Source: Candidatus Woesearchaeota archaeon
Lineage (GTDB): Archaea > Nanobdellota > Nanobdellia > Woesearchaeales > UBA119
Assembly: GCA_030156615.1 (NCBI GenBank)
Contig: JASGME010000004.1
Span: 2,546 to 66,545, forward strand
DNA length: 64,000 bases
Direction: 5' to 3'
Shown: one piece after another, positions 30,813 through 41,071 of the stretch
Layout of the letters: every line of letters begins with the position of its first letter
Numbering within the stretch: position 1 is the stretch's first letter
The notes under the pieces: model-generated
Told to the model about the DNA's origin: nothing
The model's input: only the letters and a program-made list of their open reading frames with translations
Databases searched by the model: none
Translations under genes and position numbers: made by a program

Positions 30813-31391
30813 ATGGATAAATTTAACAAGATAAAAGAAGATAACTTAGCTAAAATTAAGTATGATAAGTCCTCTAAAGGAAGCATAGATGAACCAATTC
30901 TGACTTTAGTTAACCAAATCAATTCATTGCCAGATTTTTTCACTACAAGCTCATGCTCCGGAAGAATTTCTGTAATTAAAGATGGTAAAGGAATTACGAA
31001 GCAAAGGAATGCATGGATCTTCAAGAAACATCAAGCAATAACTGTTGAAGAACTTAAAAGCATTGTACTTCCAAAAGAAAGATGCAGTTTAAAGTTTGAA
31101 ACAGTAATCCTTCATATAGCTACAAACAGCATTGATAACGCATTTAAGATGCTGAAAATTGCCAGAGATTCAGGCTGGAAAAAAAGCGGCATAATCTCTT
31201 ACAAAAAGAACAAGATAATGCTAGAATGCTCTTCTACAGAAGTATTGGCAATGCCATTCTCAAAAGAAGGCAGGATAATAGCAAACGATGAAATCCTTGA
31301 AGAATTCTGCAATCAGGCAAATGAGAAGCTAGAAAAAGCTCATATGAAAATAAAAAAATTTACAAAAAATTTACAACTCCTAACTGATTAA
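30813..31391 (+). CDS. taw3: tRNA wyosine-derivative methyltransferase Taw3/TYW3
   Basis: DKSSKGSID, TTSSCSGRI, LHI, SGWKKSG. Confidence 0.92.
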   Translation: MDKFNKIKEDNLAKIKYDKSSKGSIDEPILTLVNQINSLPDFFTTSSCSGRISVIKDGKGITKQRNAWIFKKHQAITVEELKSIVLPKERCSLKFETVILHIATNSIDNAFKMLKIARDSGWKKSGIISYKKNKIMLECSSTEVLAMPFSKEGRIIANDEILEEFCNQANEKLEKAHMKIKKFTKNLQLLTD

Positions 31392-31406
31392 TTAAGCAAC
31401 TATTCT

Positions 31407-32135
31407 TTAAATTATAATCTCCCTTTGATTATAAACGTTTGAGTATGGAACCTCTCCAAATTCACAATTCTTGCATGTTGGATCAAGAGCAATCCAATTT
31501 CCCTCTGTCTTTTTAGTGAATGGAAGCTCAGGCATATAAGCATTAACATAAATATGTCCTTTTATTAGAATAAAACGCGTTTCTATTCCTATCTGTTGAA
31601 GAAGATTGGCCAGCAAGATCGATTTTCCATCACAATCCGCAGCTCCTGAAATCAAAACTTCCAAAGGATTTTCAAAGTATTCCTCTTTTGGATCTGGAAT
31701 ATAAGAAATACTATCTCTCACAAATAAGTAAATTGCCTGAGCTGCACACCCCTCATAATCTCTACATGATTTTGTTGAAATATAATCTGCAAGAGCCTTT
31801 AATCTATAATCTTGGTAATTCTTATAATAATTAAGTAACAGAACAATATCCATCTCTTTTTCTTCTTTCAATTTGGTTTCATCAAGTTGAATCTGTTCAA
31901 TAAGATAAGAAATATGGGGATCATTTAACATGGGAACATCTTTTGGCTTATCAAAAGAATCTATGAAAAATGTTGAGTAAAAGCCTATTACAATAAAGAA
32001 TAAACAGATAGACACAAATATCTTAAATAAGATATTTCCCTTATTTGATGTTTCAGATGATTGAGAATCTCCGACTTCAATATACTTATCTAGATTTTCT
32101 TCAGAAAATTGTTCTTTTATAGGTTGAGAATTCAT
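31407..32135 (-). CDS. Membrane-anchored transglutaminase-like protein
   Basis: One TM; ADCDG (Cys), GHIY (His), WIALDPT (Asp) triad. Confidence 0.85.
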   Translation of the reverse strand: MNSQPIKEQFSEENLDKYIEVGDSQSSETSNKGNILFKIFVSICLFFIVIGFYSTFFIDSFDKPKDVPMLNDPHISYLIEQIQLDETKLKEEKEMDIVLLLNYYKNYQDYRLKALADYISTKSCRDYEGCAAQAIYLFVRDSISYIPDPKEEYFENPLEVLISGAADCDGKSILLANLLQQIGIETRFILIKGHIYVNAYMPELPFTKKTEGNWIALDPTCKNCEFGEVPYSNVYNQREIII

Positions 32136-32181
32136 TTTAAAAAGAGAAAAGATTAAAAGTGATTTAAATCTTTCTAAATAT

Positions 32182-32790
32182 ATGAATGGATCTTTTATTG
32201 GAGCTGAGGCTGTAATAACCTTTGACGGCGATATTGTCATAAAAGAAAGGATAGAGAAGGGTTATAGAAACAAGGCATTGGATAAAAAGCTTAGAAAAGA
32301 AAGAACAAGAACAGAGTATAGGATTCTTCAAAAATTAAATAATGCAGGATTACATTGCCCAAAACCTTTAGAGGTTGATGAGGAAAAGGCAATCATAAAA
32401 ATGAGCAGAATAAGAGGAAGTCCATTGCGTGACATTATCAATGAAAAAAATGTTGAATCTGTTTCAACAGAATTAGCTAATATTGTTGCAACTATGCATG
32501 CTATGGGAATTGTTCACCATGATTTAACAACATCAAACTTCATTGCAGACAGAGATAAAATATATGTAATTGATTTTGGACTTTCATTTTTCTCAGACAA
32601 AATAGAAGATAAAGCGGTAGACATTCATTTACTCGAAAGAGCCATAGAATCAAAACATCCTGAAATAAAAGAAGCTTTTATGAATAATTTTTTTGAAACC
32701 TATTTATATGCATATGATGAAGGAAAAGATGTATTGAAAAGGCTAGAAAAGGTAGAAAGAAGAGGAAGATACAAAGGAAAGAAAAACTAA
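32182..32790 (+). CDS. bud32: KEOPS complex kinase/ATPase Bud32
   Basis: GAEA, KGYR, HHDLTTSN, IDFGL, EDKAVD, RGRY. Confidence 0.95.
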   Translation: MNGSFIGAEAVITFDGDIVIKERIEKGYRNKALDKKLRKERTRTEYRILQKLNNAGLHCPKPLEVDEEKAIIKMSRIRGSPLRDIINEKNVESVSTELANIVATMHAMGIVHHDLTTSNFIADRDKIYVIDFGLSFFSDKIEDKAVDIHLLERAIESKHPEIKEAFMNNFFETYLYAYDEGKDVLKRLEKVERRGRYKGKKN

Positions 32791-32791
32791 T

Positions 32792-32953
32792 TTATGCTGC
32801 AGTAGCGCAAGCCAAGAAATCAGACAAAATTGGAATTGTTAAGATGCCACTCTTTGCCAGAAATACTATTAACAACATAAAAAGAATTCCAAAAACGAAT
32901 CCTTTAAACCAAGTCATTGGATGTGGACCCGTTCTGTCTCCAAAAAAAACCAT
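32792..32953 (-). CDS. Small 53-aa single-TM protein (below the ORF-track cutoff)
   Basis: MVFFGDRTGPHPMTWFKGFVFGILFMLLIVFLAKSGILTIPILSDFLACATAA; GAGGTGA SD 5 nt upstream. Confidence 0.75.
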   Translation of the reverse strand: MVFFGDRTGPHPMTWFKGFVFGILFMLLIVFLAKSGILTIPILSDFLACATAA

Positions 32954-33113
32954 TTTTTCACCTCATCTTTATTTCATGATCATTTAGTACAGAAAGAAAA
33001 ATGTAAGAAGGAATATATAAAACTTACGAAAATGGATAACACAAGAGCAAATAAATCAAAATCAAATCAAAATCTTTATAAATGAGAGAGATTTCCGCAA
33101 GATGTGATTTTAT

Positions 33114-33437
33114 ATGGTGCAGAGGATTGGTTCATTAAATAGGAAGACTAGGGCACTCTTCAAGAAGAACTATAAAGAAAAAGGGAAGAGAAGTACAAGT
33201 GAATATTTTAAAGAATTAAATCAAGGAGAAAAGGTCTTGATTAGAAGAGAACCTTCTTCAACAGAATCTCAATTTCATTCAAGGTTCAATGGAAAGACAG
33301 GAACAATAATCGGGAAGCGAGGCAAATGTTATTTAGTTAAGGTTTCAGATGTTAAAAAAGAAAAAGAATTAATAATCCATCCAATCCATCTTAAAAGAAT
33401 TGAGAGCAATGTTATTAAAAATAAGGCAAAGGCATAA
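33114..33437 (+). CDS. rpl21e: 50S ribosomal protein L21e
   Basis: RKTR, HSRFNGKTG, HPIHL; conserved rpl21e-rpo4-DUF655 order. Confidence 0.93.
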   Translation: MVQRIGSLNRKTRALFKKNYKEKGKRSTSEYFKELNQGEKVLIRREPSSTESQFHSRFNGKTGTIIGKRGKCYLVKVSDVKKEKELIIHPIHLKRIESNVIKNKAKA

Positions 33438-33482
33438 TAATAAGAATAACAAGAAGATATTGAACAAAAACAGGAAACAAAA

Positions 33483-33827
33483 ATGGCAAAAACAATAATA
33501 GAATCTGATGAGCCAATAAGCGAATTTGAATTGAAGAATGAATTAGAAAAGATTAAGGAGCAGGATAAAGAGCTTAATTTTAGAGCTAATAGAACACTTG
33601 AGTATCTACATGAGGTTTCAAAGATTTCTTTTGAAGATGGGAATAAATTAAAAAAGGCTTTAATAGATTTGGACATTCCAAGAATGAAAGATGTCGTAAT
33701 ATGCAAAATTGTAGATTTATTACCAAAAACAGAAGACGAATTAAAGAGCATCATTCAGGTCTATTCTATAACTATTTCTAAAAATAACATGAAAGAAATA
33801 CTAAAAACTGTTTCTGAATATATTTGA
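33483..33827 (+). CDS. rpo4: RNA polymerase subunit Rpo4 (RpoF)
   Basis: ELNFRANRTLEYL, KIVDLLPKTEDEL; synteny. Confidence 0.88.
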   Translation: MAKTIIESDEPISEFELKNELEKIKEQDKELNFRANRTLEYLHEVSKISFEDGNKLKKALIDLDIPRMKDVVICKIVDLLPKTEDELKSIIQVYSITISKNNMKEILKTVSEYI

Positions 33828-33909
33828 GTCTGAATTGACTCAAACTCAATGTTTCATCATCTACAAAACAAAAGTTATTTAAATCAAACAATGCAATTAT
33901 CAATGAAAA

Positions 33910-34488
33910 ATGGAAAAGGCTGAAAGAGGAATAAAACAGGAAAGGGAAGAATTTGCCATTGTCCTAGACTTCCTGCCAAATGGCTACCCATTCTCTGATT
34001 CCGGATCATACAGGAAAAGACCTGTTGTGCAGGCAATAGGCACAAAAGGACTTACATTGCTCGAGCTAGCCCCAAAAGTAGGGATTTTCCTTCAACCACA
34101 ACAAAAGATTTACATAGGAGAACTCAAGAGAGATGAAATCCATCACATCATTGCCAGATTATCATACTCAAAATTGACTAATGTCGCAAAAGGGGAACTT
34201 AGTTATGCTTTAGACAGGATAATTGATGAAAATGAAAAGAAGTTTGTAGATTTCTTCAATAATGCTGCTCCATTAACAACAAGAATGCATTCATTGGAAT
34301 TGCTTCCGGGAATGGGAAAGAAAAGAATGTGGGAACTTCTTGAAGAGAAAGAGAAAAAACCATTTGAAAGCCTTAACGAAATAAATGAAAGAGTAAGATT
34401 AATACCTAATGCTAAGGAAATGGTCAAGAGGAGGATTCTTAAAGAACTTGAAGGTAACGAAAAACACTACATATTTGTAAGACCTTAA
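33910..34488 (+). CDS. DUF655 family putative nucleic-acid-binding protein
   Basis: VLDFLPNG, FFNNA.PLTTRMHSLELLPGMGKK. Confidence 0.93.
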   Translation: MEKAERGIKQEREEFAIVLDFLPNGYPFSDSGSYRKRPVVQAIGTKGLTLLELAPKVGIFLQPQQKIYIGELKRDEIHHIIARLSYSKLTNVAKGELSYALDRIIDENEKKFVDFFNNAAPLTTRMHSLELLPGMGKKRMWELLEEKEKKPFESLNEINERVRLIPNAKEMVKRRILKELEGNEKHYIFVRP

Positions 34489-34536
34489 ATCAAAATCTTT
34501 TTTTATTTCTTATAAACGCAATAAGATACAAAGAAA

Positions 34537-34607
34537 TGCGCCAGCCGGGAATTGAACCCGGACCAGACCCGTGGCAGGGGCCTATTGTACCATTCAACCA
34601 CTGGCGC
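34537..34607 (-). tRNA. tRNA-Gly(GCC)
   Basis: GCGCCAG/CTGGCGC acceptor, anticodon loop CTGCCAC, GTTCAAT T-loop. Confidence 0.92.
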
Positions 34608-34646
34608 CTATCTATAAGTTTTTTGTGGCTCTTTAAATAATTTTTG

Positions 34647-35267
34647 CTAATGATGTTCTTCACGAGATTCAAAGAAGAAACAACTTACTCCAATTTTAAC
34701 TAATCTTTTTTTATGAAACCTCATAGTATTTTTTAAAGGAATTAAAAATTTAATCTCATCTATAGATTCAAATCCAAACCTTCTTCCAAAAGCTATTATG
34801 TAGTCTCTAGTAGAACTTTTGTGAAAACTTATTACTCTATTTGAAACGCTAAAAGCCTTTTCTAAAAAAGAAACATCAGCACCTTTCTTGCGCGTGCCAA
34901 AAGGAGGATTTTCAATAACTAACTCAACCCGTCCATTGAAATCTTTAATATCGCTTTCAATTAAGTTGCTTCTATCATTTAACCTCATAATTTCAATATT
35001 TCTTTTCAATATTTTAACGACATCTTTATCTTTTTCAACAAAGAAACATTTCTTGGCTTCAAGGATTAAAGCTCCTATCCCCAAGATGCCTGTGCCCGCT
35101 CCAAAATCAGCTATTATCTTATCCTTAATCAATCCTTTCATGAAAGCATGCCAAATAGCCTCAGCAGCAACCTCGCTATCAGTAGGATACTGTTCTTCAA
35201 TAGTATTAGGATTATCAAAGACATCTAATCTTGAAAGTTCTATAGCCAAAGAAGATTTTGAAATCAT
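34647..35267 (-). CDS. METTL5-family N6-adenine RNA methyltransferase
   Basis: EQYPT, DFGAGTG, NPPFG. Confidence 0.9.
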   Translation of the reverse strand: MISKSSLAIELSRLDVFDNPNTIEEQYPTDSEVAAEAIWHAFMKGLIKDKIIADFGAGTGILGIGALILEAKKCFFVEKDKDVVKILKRNIEIMRLNDRSNLIESDIKDFNGRVELVIENPPFGTRKKGADVSFLEKAFSVSNRVISFHKSSTRDYIIAFGRRFGFESIDEIKFLIPLKNTMRFHKKRLVKIGVSCFFFESREEHH

Positions 35268-35314
35268 CAAAATAAGAATAAAAAATCAAAGATAAAAAAC
35301 TTTTTATTTGATTC

Positions 35315-36385
35315 CTAAACAAGGTCTATTCCTAACTCTGAAGAAACCCTTTTCTTATTCTCCTCACGATATTCTTGTGATGATTCCTTCCCTAATATCC
35401 AAGGGGATTTAACCCCAGTCATAATAGTCATAACTAAAATCTTTCCAGTCATATCATCGCTAACTCTTGCTCCCCAAATTACATTTGCATCTGGATCCAT
35501 CTCCTTAGTAACTGCTTCACCAATCATCTTTGTTTCCTCAAGGGTCATGTCTGGCCCACCGTGTATATGAATCAAGGCACCAGTTGCTCCAGCATAGTCT
35601 ATTTCTAACAAAGGATTTGATAATGCTCCACTAACTGCCTCCTGAACCCTGTTTTTAGTATCAGACGCACCAACGCCAATTGCTGCAACTCCTCCTCCGT
35701 TCATTATTGCTTTAACATCTGCAAAGTCAAGATTAACTAATGAAGGCACAGCTATTGTTTCAACGATCCCTCGGATCATTGTTGCTATTAATTCGTTTGC
35801 AACTGCAAAGGCCTGTTGTATAGGTAGGTTCCCGGCAATCTTTACCAATCTATTATTGTCAATAACAATAACAGTGTTGCATACCTTTCTAAGTTCAGCC
35901 AGTCCATATTCGGCTTTATCAACCCTTGCTCTTTCAATGTTGAATGGCATTGTAACAGTTCCGACAACGATAGCTCCCATCTCTTTCGCCAACTTTGCTA
36001 CGATTGGAGCGCTCCCTGTTCCTGTTCCGCCACCCATTCCTGCACATACAAAAACCATATCTGAGCCTCTCAAAGCCTCTTTTATCTCATTGCTCGATTC
36101 AACAGCAGATTCCGCCCCCACCTTGGGATAACCACCACAACCAAGTCCTTTTGTTATATTTTTACCAATGAGAAGCTTACGATCAGCAGAACTGATGTCC
36201 AAATGTTGTAAATCAGTATTTATAGCAATTACCTCTGCACCCTGAATTCCTTTTTTATACAACCAAGAGGTCATGTTGTTTCCAGCACCGCCACAGCCAA
36301 TAACTTTTATATTGGCCTGACCACAACTTCCATTTAACTCATTTTCTTCCATAGAGTCCAGAGCGTTCTTTACGATAAATTCCAT
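35315..36385 (-). CDS. ftsZ: Cell division protein FtsZ
   Basis: [21 protein letters not shown]. Confidence 0.97.
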   Translation of the reverse strand: MEFIVKNALDSMEENELNGSCGQANIKVIGCGGAGNNMTSWLYKKGIQGAEVIAINTDLQHLDISSADRKLLIGKNITKGLGCGGYPKVGAESAVESSNEIKEALRGSDMVFVCAGMGGGTGTGSAPIVAKLAKEMGAIVVGTVTMPFNIERARVDKAEYGLAELRKVCNTVIVIDNNRLVKIAGNLPIQQAFAVANELIATMIRGIVETIAVPSLVNLDFADVKAIMNGGGVAAIGVGASDTKNRVQEAVSGALSNPLLEIDYAGATGALIHIHGGPDMTLEETKMIGEAVTKEMDPDANVIWGARVSDDMTGKILVMTIMTGVKSPWILGKESSQEYREENKKRVSSELGIDLV

Positions 36386-36593
36386 CTTCTTACCTCCAAT
36401 ATCCCAAAATGTATACTGAAATATCTAAATCACTACTGATATATATATTTTTCTAAACACTAGTATGCCTATATCTTTTAATCAACTTCTTAATCTTTTA
36501 CATCTTTCAAGAACAAATAAAACTTTTTTAGTTAATACAAAGGATATATTCTTCTTGCCAAAAACTTATAAATTTCTTACTTTCCGCATAATC

Positions 36594-38348
36594 ATGAAAC
36601 ATACATCAAAGAATCAGGGTTCTCATCACAATAATGAAGAACCTTCTTCTGAATCTTCACTTGAAAAAATCATAAAAGAAACAATTCAAAAACTTAAGGA
36701 TAAAGAATTCTCCAAAAAAATAGTCATATTAGATACAAATGTTTTGATTTCAGATCCAACAGCTCTCTATAACTTTAAGAATTCACTGAAAGTTATACCA
36801 TATGGAACTGTTGGAAGAGAACTCAACAATGTTTCAAATAACAGCAGAAACGCAATTTCAAGATTTAATGCAAATGAGGCAAAGAAAACAATAGAGAATA
36901 TTATAGATTTTGCAAAACAAAGAGGTATCGATCCAGCTAATAATCCAATCCCTATGAATGACGGCCGTGATTTAATTTATATAATTGATGATACTAAACT
37001 TAATACAGATCCTTTGAAAATAACTACTGATTTAGGAAATGGAGATCTGAGTATTCTTAACACAGCAAAAGTCTTTGATAGAATTTCAAAAGAGGAAGGC
37101 TGTAATGCAGTTTTGATAACAAATGACTTAGCTTTAAGAACACTTACAAAGATTAATAATATCAATGCAGAAGAATTAAAGAAAGGAAGCATAGATTTAA
37201 CTCAGATTTCAAAAGGATATTACCTTTGTTCTGATCCAGACGCATTAGCAAAGATTTTTGACAATAGCAAATCATCTACAACTAAGATGAAATCATTTGT
37301 GTCTAAACTAATGCCTTTAGAATCTTTTAATCAACTGATTGTAGAAGGAATTCCAATAGAAGAACTCCCACACAATTCATACATTATCTTCACAGGTTCA
37401 GAAGAAAAATCAAAAGAGATAATTAATAGTTCTAACTCTGATTTTCATAAACATTTCAAGGAATTACCTTCTTTGGTTTTCAGAATAGACCGTGTAAATG
37501 AAGTAATAAAGCCCATTAAATACGATGAGCCTTACAAAAGCATATTTGGGATTTACCCAAAAAATTTAGAGCAATATCTTTTTATGAATGATTGCATTGA
37601 TGAAGATATTAAGATTGCAGTTGGCCATGGTGTTGAAGGAACTGGAAAAACACTAATTTCTCTGGCATCATCAATTTATCTTGCACAAAGGTATTTAAAA
37701 GATAATTATCTTGAAAGCAATCCAAAACTAGATTTAACAGATTTCGTAAAGATATCAAAACCAATAGTGCATTCCGAAGAGATTGGATATCTCCCAGGAG
37801 GAGTTGACTCAAAGTTAGAATTGGACTATTTCTCTTTTACAAGTGCAATTAAGAGACTTTGGGATCGTCGTGTATTAGCCAACAAAGATAACAAGATAAG
37901 AAACATCGATTTAGGTTCAAATTCTAATTACGACATTACTTCTATTTATGATTCATACGATGATTTAATGAATGACTCTGGAGCGCTATTTCTTAAGGCA
38001 CCATTAGGATTTATGCGTGGTGTTGATTGGGGAAACGGTGTTTGGATTATTGATGAGTTTCAAAACGCTGAGATAGGGCAGGCAAGGTCTTTAATAACCA
38101 GAGCAGGAGACGATGTTAAAATAATAATTACTGGCTGCCCATATCAAATAGATAGCAAATACCTAAGAGATAATTATAATGCTCTAGCCTTCCTTTTATA
38201 CAACATCCAGAAGACTAACACAACTGAAGAGAGATATAAAAATGCTCCTTTTGTCAACTCAATTAATCTTTCTAAAACAGAAAGAGGGAAATTAGCAAAA
38301 TGGGGAGCAACCCTTGATGTAAACGATTATGATTACAACAAAAAGTAA
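36594..38348 (+). CDS. PIN-PhoH fusion (PhoH2-like)
   Basis: PIN: ILDTNVL, GDLSIL, TNDLALR; PhoH: GVEGTGKT, GYLPG, FMRG, IIDEFQN, TRAG; likely start ATG 36594. Confidence 0.88.
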   Translation: MKHTSKNQGSHHNNEEPSSESSLEKIIKETIQKLKDKEFSKKIVILDTNVLISDPTALYNFKNSLKVIPYGTVGRELNNVSNNSRNAISRFNANEAKKTIENIIDFAKQRGIDPANNPIPMNDGRDLIYIIDDTKLNTDPLKITTDLGNGDLSILNTAKVFDRISKEEGCNAVLITNDLALRTLTKINNINAEELKKGSIDLTQISKGYYLCSDPDALAKIFDNSKSSTTKMKSFVSKLMPLESFNQLIVEGIPIEELPHNSYIIFTGSEEKSKEIINSSNSDFHKHFKELPSLVFRIDRVNEVIKPIKYDEPYKSIFGIYPKNLEQYLFMNDCIDEDIKIAVGHGVEGTGKTLISLASSIYLAQRYLKDNYLESNPKLDLTDFVKISKPIVHSEEIGYLPGGVDSKLELDYFSFTSAIKRLWDRRVLANKDNKIRNIDLGSNSNYDITSIYDSYDDLMNDSGALFLKAPLGFMRGVDWGNGVWIIDEFQNAEIGQARSLITRAGDDVKIIITGCPYQIDSKYLRDNYNALAFLLYNIQKTNTTEERYKNAPFVNSINLSKTERGKLAKWGATLDVNDYDYNKK

Positions 38349-38396
38349 ATTTCATAGAAAAGTCAATAAAAAATTAACAAAGAAAAAATAAAAGAT

Positions 38397-38885
38397 TTAA
38401 TTAACCTTAATCTTCTTCGTCTTTTTCTTCTTGCTCTCTTTTTTAGGTATGTGTAGCTCTAAGATGCCATCTTTGTAGCTTGCATTAATATTGTCAATGT
38501 CTACACCATCAGGTAAACTGATGAATCTCTGGAATCCAGAATATCTCCTTTCAATCCTTCTCCATCCCTTCTTCTTGTCCCCACTTTCAATCTTCTCTGA
38601 ACTTTCTCCTCTAATTTCAATTCCATCTTCGCTAGCGTTAATCTCAATGTCCTCTTTCTTTATGCCAGGCATTTCAATCTTTGCAACTATTTCATTATCA
38701 TATTCAACAATATCTGTTAACGGGGTTCTGAAATAAGGCTCTTCCAATGCTGTCAATGCTGGCTGTGAATATTCCGGAAGCATCTCTCTCTCTGCTATTG
38801 GTATTTGAGAGAAAAATCTCGACATCAACTTGTCAAAATCCTCCTGAATCCTGTTTATTTCGTCAAACCAATTTGGCTCTCTCAT
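38397..38885 (-). CDS. hsp20: Small heat-shock protein Hsp20
   Basis: EMPGIKKEDI, ASYKDGILELHIPK, IKV tail; GGAGGTGA SD. Confidence 0.95.
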   Translation of the reverse strand: MREPNWFDEINRIQEDFDKLMSRFFSQIPIAEREMLPEYSQPALTALEEPYFRTPLTDIVEYDNEIVAKIEMPGIKKEDIEINASEDGIEIRGESSEKIESGDKKKGWRRIERRYSGFQRFISLPDGVDIDNINASYKDGILELHIPKKESKKKKTKKIKVN

Positions 38886-39055
38886 CTTTATCACCTCCGT
38901 ATTAGTTATTTACGGGTTATTTTTTTGAGAGTATTATTATATATGCCGCAAAAATATAAAAATCTTTTGTTTTTTATAACCTTCTTATAAATAAAATAAA
39001 TATCTTTTTTACTTTAATCAAAAAATTAATATATATGTTATCATTAATATGTAGT

Positions 39056-39463
39056 ATGAACAGAATAATGATAAAGAGAATAAATAGTGAACCATCAAAG
39101 AATCTTGATGATGAAATCTATTGGTTCTCCGATCAATTATGCTTAAGTAGTGGAAGAGATATTAATAATATTGCTACTAAGGTATTAAAACTCGTTTTAG
39201 AAAATTCTTCAAAATCGGTTCCCTTGACTTCTTTGGATGTTAGTAATAAGTTAGGCATATCTCTTCCAACAGTGAATCATCACATAAGGAATTTGATAGA
39301 TTCTGGGATCTTAGTTCGAGAAAAAAATAGAATTTACTTGAGGCGAAAGACGCTTGTTAGCATAATAAATGAACTTAGAAAAGACATTGATAGAGTATTA
39401 AGCGATATTGAAGAGATAGCTAATGATATAGATGATAAGCTTGGCTTAAATAGAGTTGAGTAA
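39056..39463 (+). CDS. Winged-helix (ArsR-like) transcriptional regulator
   Basis: LTSLDVSNKLGISLPTVNHHIRNLIDSGIL plus C-terminal coiled coil. Confidence 0.85.
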   Translation: MNRIMIKRINSEPSKNLDDEIYWFSDQLCLSSGRDINNIATKVLKLVLENSSKSVPLTSLDVSNKLGISLPTVNHHIRNLIDSGILVREKNRIYLRRKTLVSIINELRKDIDRVLSDIEEIANDIDDKLGLNRVE

Positions 39464-39468
39464 TGAAG

Positions 39469-39540
39469 GGTGGTAGGCGGGAGTTGAACCCGCGCCTGAA
39501 GCTCCACAGGCTTCCATGCTACCGTTACACTACTACCACC
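39469..39540 (-). tRNA. tRNA-His(GTG) with encoded G-1
   Basis: G+GTGGTAG/CTACCAC+C; anticodon loop CTGTGGA; GTTCAAC T-loop. Confidence 0.93.
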
Positions 39541-39608
39541 ATCAGAATCCTGAGTCCTAAAGTTTTTTATAAAGTTTTCTATGAGCTTTTTTCATGCCTT
39601 TCATTCTT

Positions 39609-40904
39609 TTATTCCTTAAGCTTCTTTTTCAACTCTTCAACACTCATCTCTTTCTGAACTCTTCTTTTCAGGTCCTTTACAGAAATCAAACCTTTTTTAA
39701 TCTCATCGTCTCCTAAGATTCCAACATAAGGAATACCGAGAGCTTCTGCATAACTCAATGATTTCTTCAAGCTTCTCTTTTTTAAATCAACATCAACATT
39801 TATTCCAGCATCTCTTAAATTCTTTGCTATTCTAAAACTCTCTTTTAAACTAGCTAAAGGAACAATGAAGATCTGCGCAGGACTTATATTCTCCGGCTCT
39901 TTGTCTTTTTTCAATAAACTAGTAATCCTTTCAAGACCAAAAGAAAAGCCGACAGCATAGATCTTCTCATTTGTACCGATGAAATCTCCAATCATATTGT
40001 CATATCTTCCACCTCCAAGGATAGAAGACTTTATTTCTCCTTTTGTTGAAAAACCTTCCATTACCGGTCCTGTATAATAATCAAGACCTCTTGCTAAATA
40101 AGGAGCAATCTTTACAAAATTATCAGAATCTAAATAACTTAAAATTTCCCTAAGTTCTTGAATCCCCTCTTTTGCAAGATCATTTTTGGCTAATTTTTCC
40201 AATTCTTTTAACATCTCTTCATTAGTTCCATCTAACTTCATAATATTGCGTATCTTTTTGATTTCTTCATCTTGCAACCAATTAATTCCATTAAGCTCCT
40301 TTATCACTCCTTCAAATCCTATCTTGTCAAATTTATCCAAAGCGACTAATACACTTGTTAACAACTCATTCTTAACCCCAAATCCCATCATCAATCCGTT
40401 CAATAATTTTCTATTATTTAATCTGATTTCTACATTGGTTAATCCAATTTTATTAAACACATCAAAAGCAAGGGTAATTAATTCTGCTTCTGCACACATC
40501 TCTTTTAGCCCTACTATATCAACATCACACTGAGTAATACATCTATATCTGCCCTGTTCAGGTTGTGATGCCCCGTCTCTGAAAACCTCTCCTATTGAAT
40601 ACCTCTTATATGGCAACTTTAATGTTTTCTTAGTTGCTACGAACCTTGCAAGCGGCACAGTGAGATCAAAACGAAGTCCAAATTTTCTTCCTGCCTGATC
40701 ATAGCCATAATATATCTCCTTTTGAATCTCCTGACCTCCCTTCTTTGTAAGAACATCAACATATTCTATATGTGGCGTCTCCAAAGGAGAAAATCCATAT
40801 GCCTTGAAAGTTTCTCTTAATATAGATACAATTCTCTCTCTTTCAAGAGCTTCAGCCCCATACCAGTCCTTCATACCTTTAACGCATGAAAACGCCTCTC
40901 CCAT
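39609..40904 (-). CDS. hisS: Histidine--tRNA ligase
   Basis: LRFDLTVPLAR, LARGLDYYTG, GGGRYD, SFGLER. Confidence 0.97.
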   Translation of the reverse strand: MGEAFSCVKGMKDWYGAEALERERIVSILRETFKAYGFSPLETPHIEYVDVLTKKGGQEIQKEIYYGYDQAGRKFGLRFDLTVPLARFVATKKTLKLPYKRYSIGEVFRDGASQPEQGRYRCITQCDVDIVGLKEMCAEAELITLAFDVFNKIGLTNVEIRLNNRKLLNGLMMGFGVKNELLTSVLVALDKFDKIGFEGVIKELNGINWLQDEEIKKIRNIMKLDGTNEEMLKELEKLAKNDLAKEGIQELREILSYLDSDNFVKIAPYLARGLDYYTGPVMEGFSTKGEIKSSILGGGRYDNMIGDFIGTNEKIYAVGFSFGLERITSLLKKDKEPENISPAQIFIVPLASLKESFRIAKNLRDAGINVDVDLKKRSLKKSLSYAEALGIPYVGILGDDEIKKGLISVKDLKRRVQKEMSVEELKKKLKE

Positions 40905-40946
40905 TTCAAATCACCTGAATCATCATATCAAATAAATATTTGCAAT

Positions 40947-41019
40947 AGCCTCTGGGGGGAATTGAACCCCCGACCTGCTGCTTACGAGGCAGCCGCTCCA
41001 GCCACTGAGCCACAGAGGC
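40947..41019 (-). tRNA. tRNA-Thr(CGT)
   Basis: GCCTCTG/CAGAGGC acceptor, anticodon loop CTCGTAA. Confidence 0.93.
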
Positions 41020-41071
41020 AATTAATAAATTAATTATAACAATTTAAATAACTTCTAAATCTTTGCCTTTC

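Noticed and set aside
33823..33844. 8-bp hairpin TTTGAGTC/GACTCAAA at the rpo4 stop
   Set aside because: Short and single; at most a terminator or processing hairpin, and not the GTCTCA origin motif
34490..34672. 60-aa ORF in the track
   Set aside because: Overlaps tRNA-Gly; spurious
39463..39657. 64-aa ORF in the track
   Set aside because: Antisense to tRNA-His; spurious
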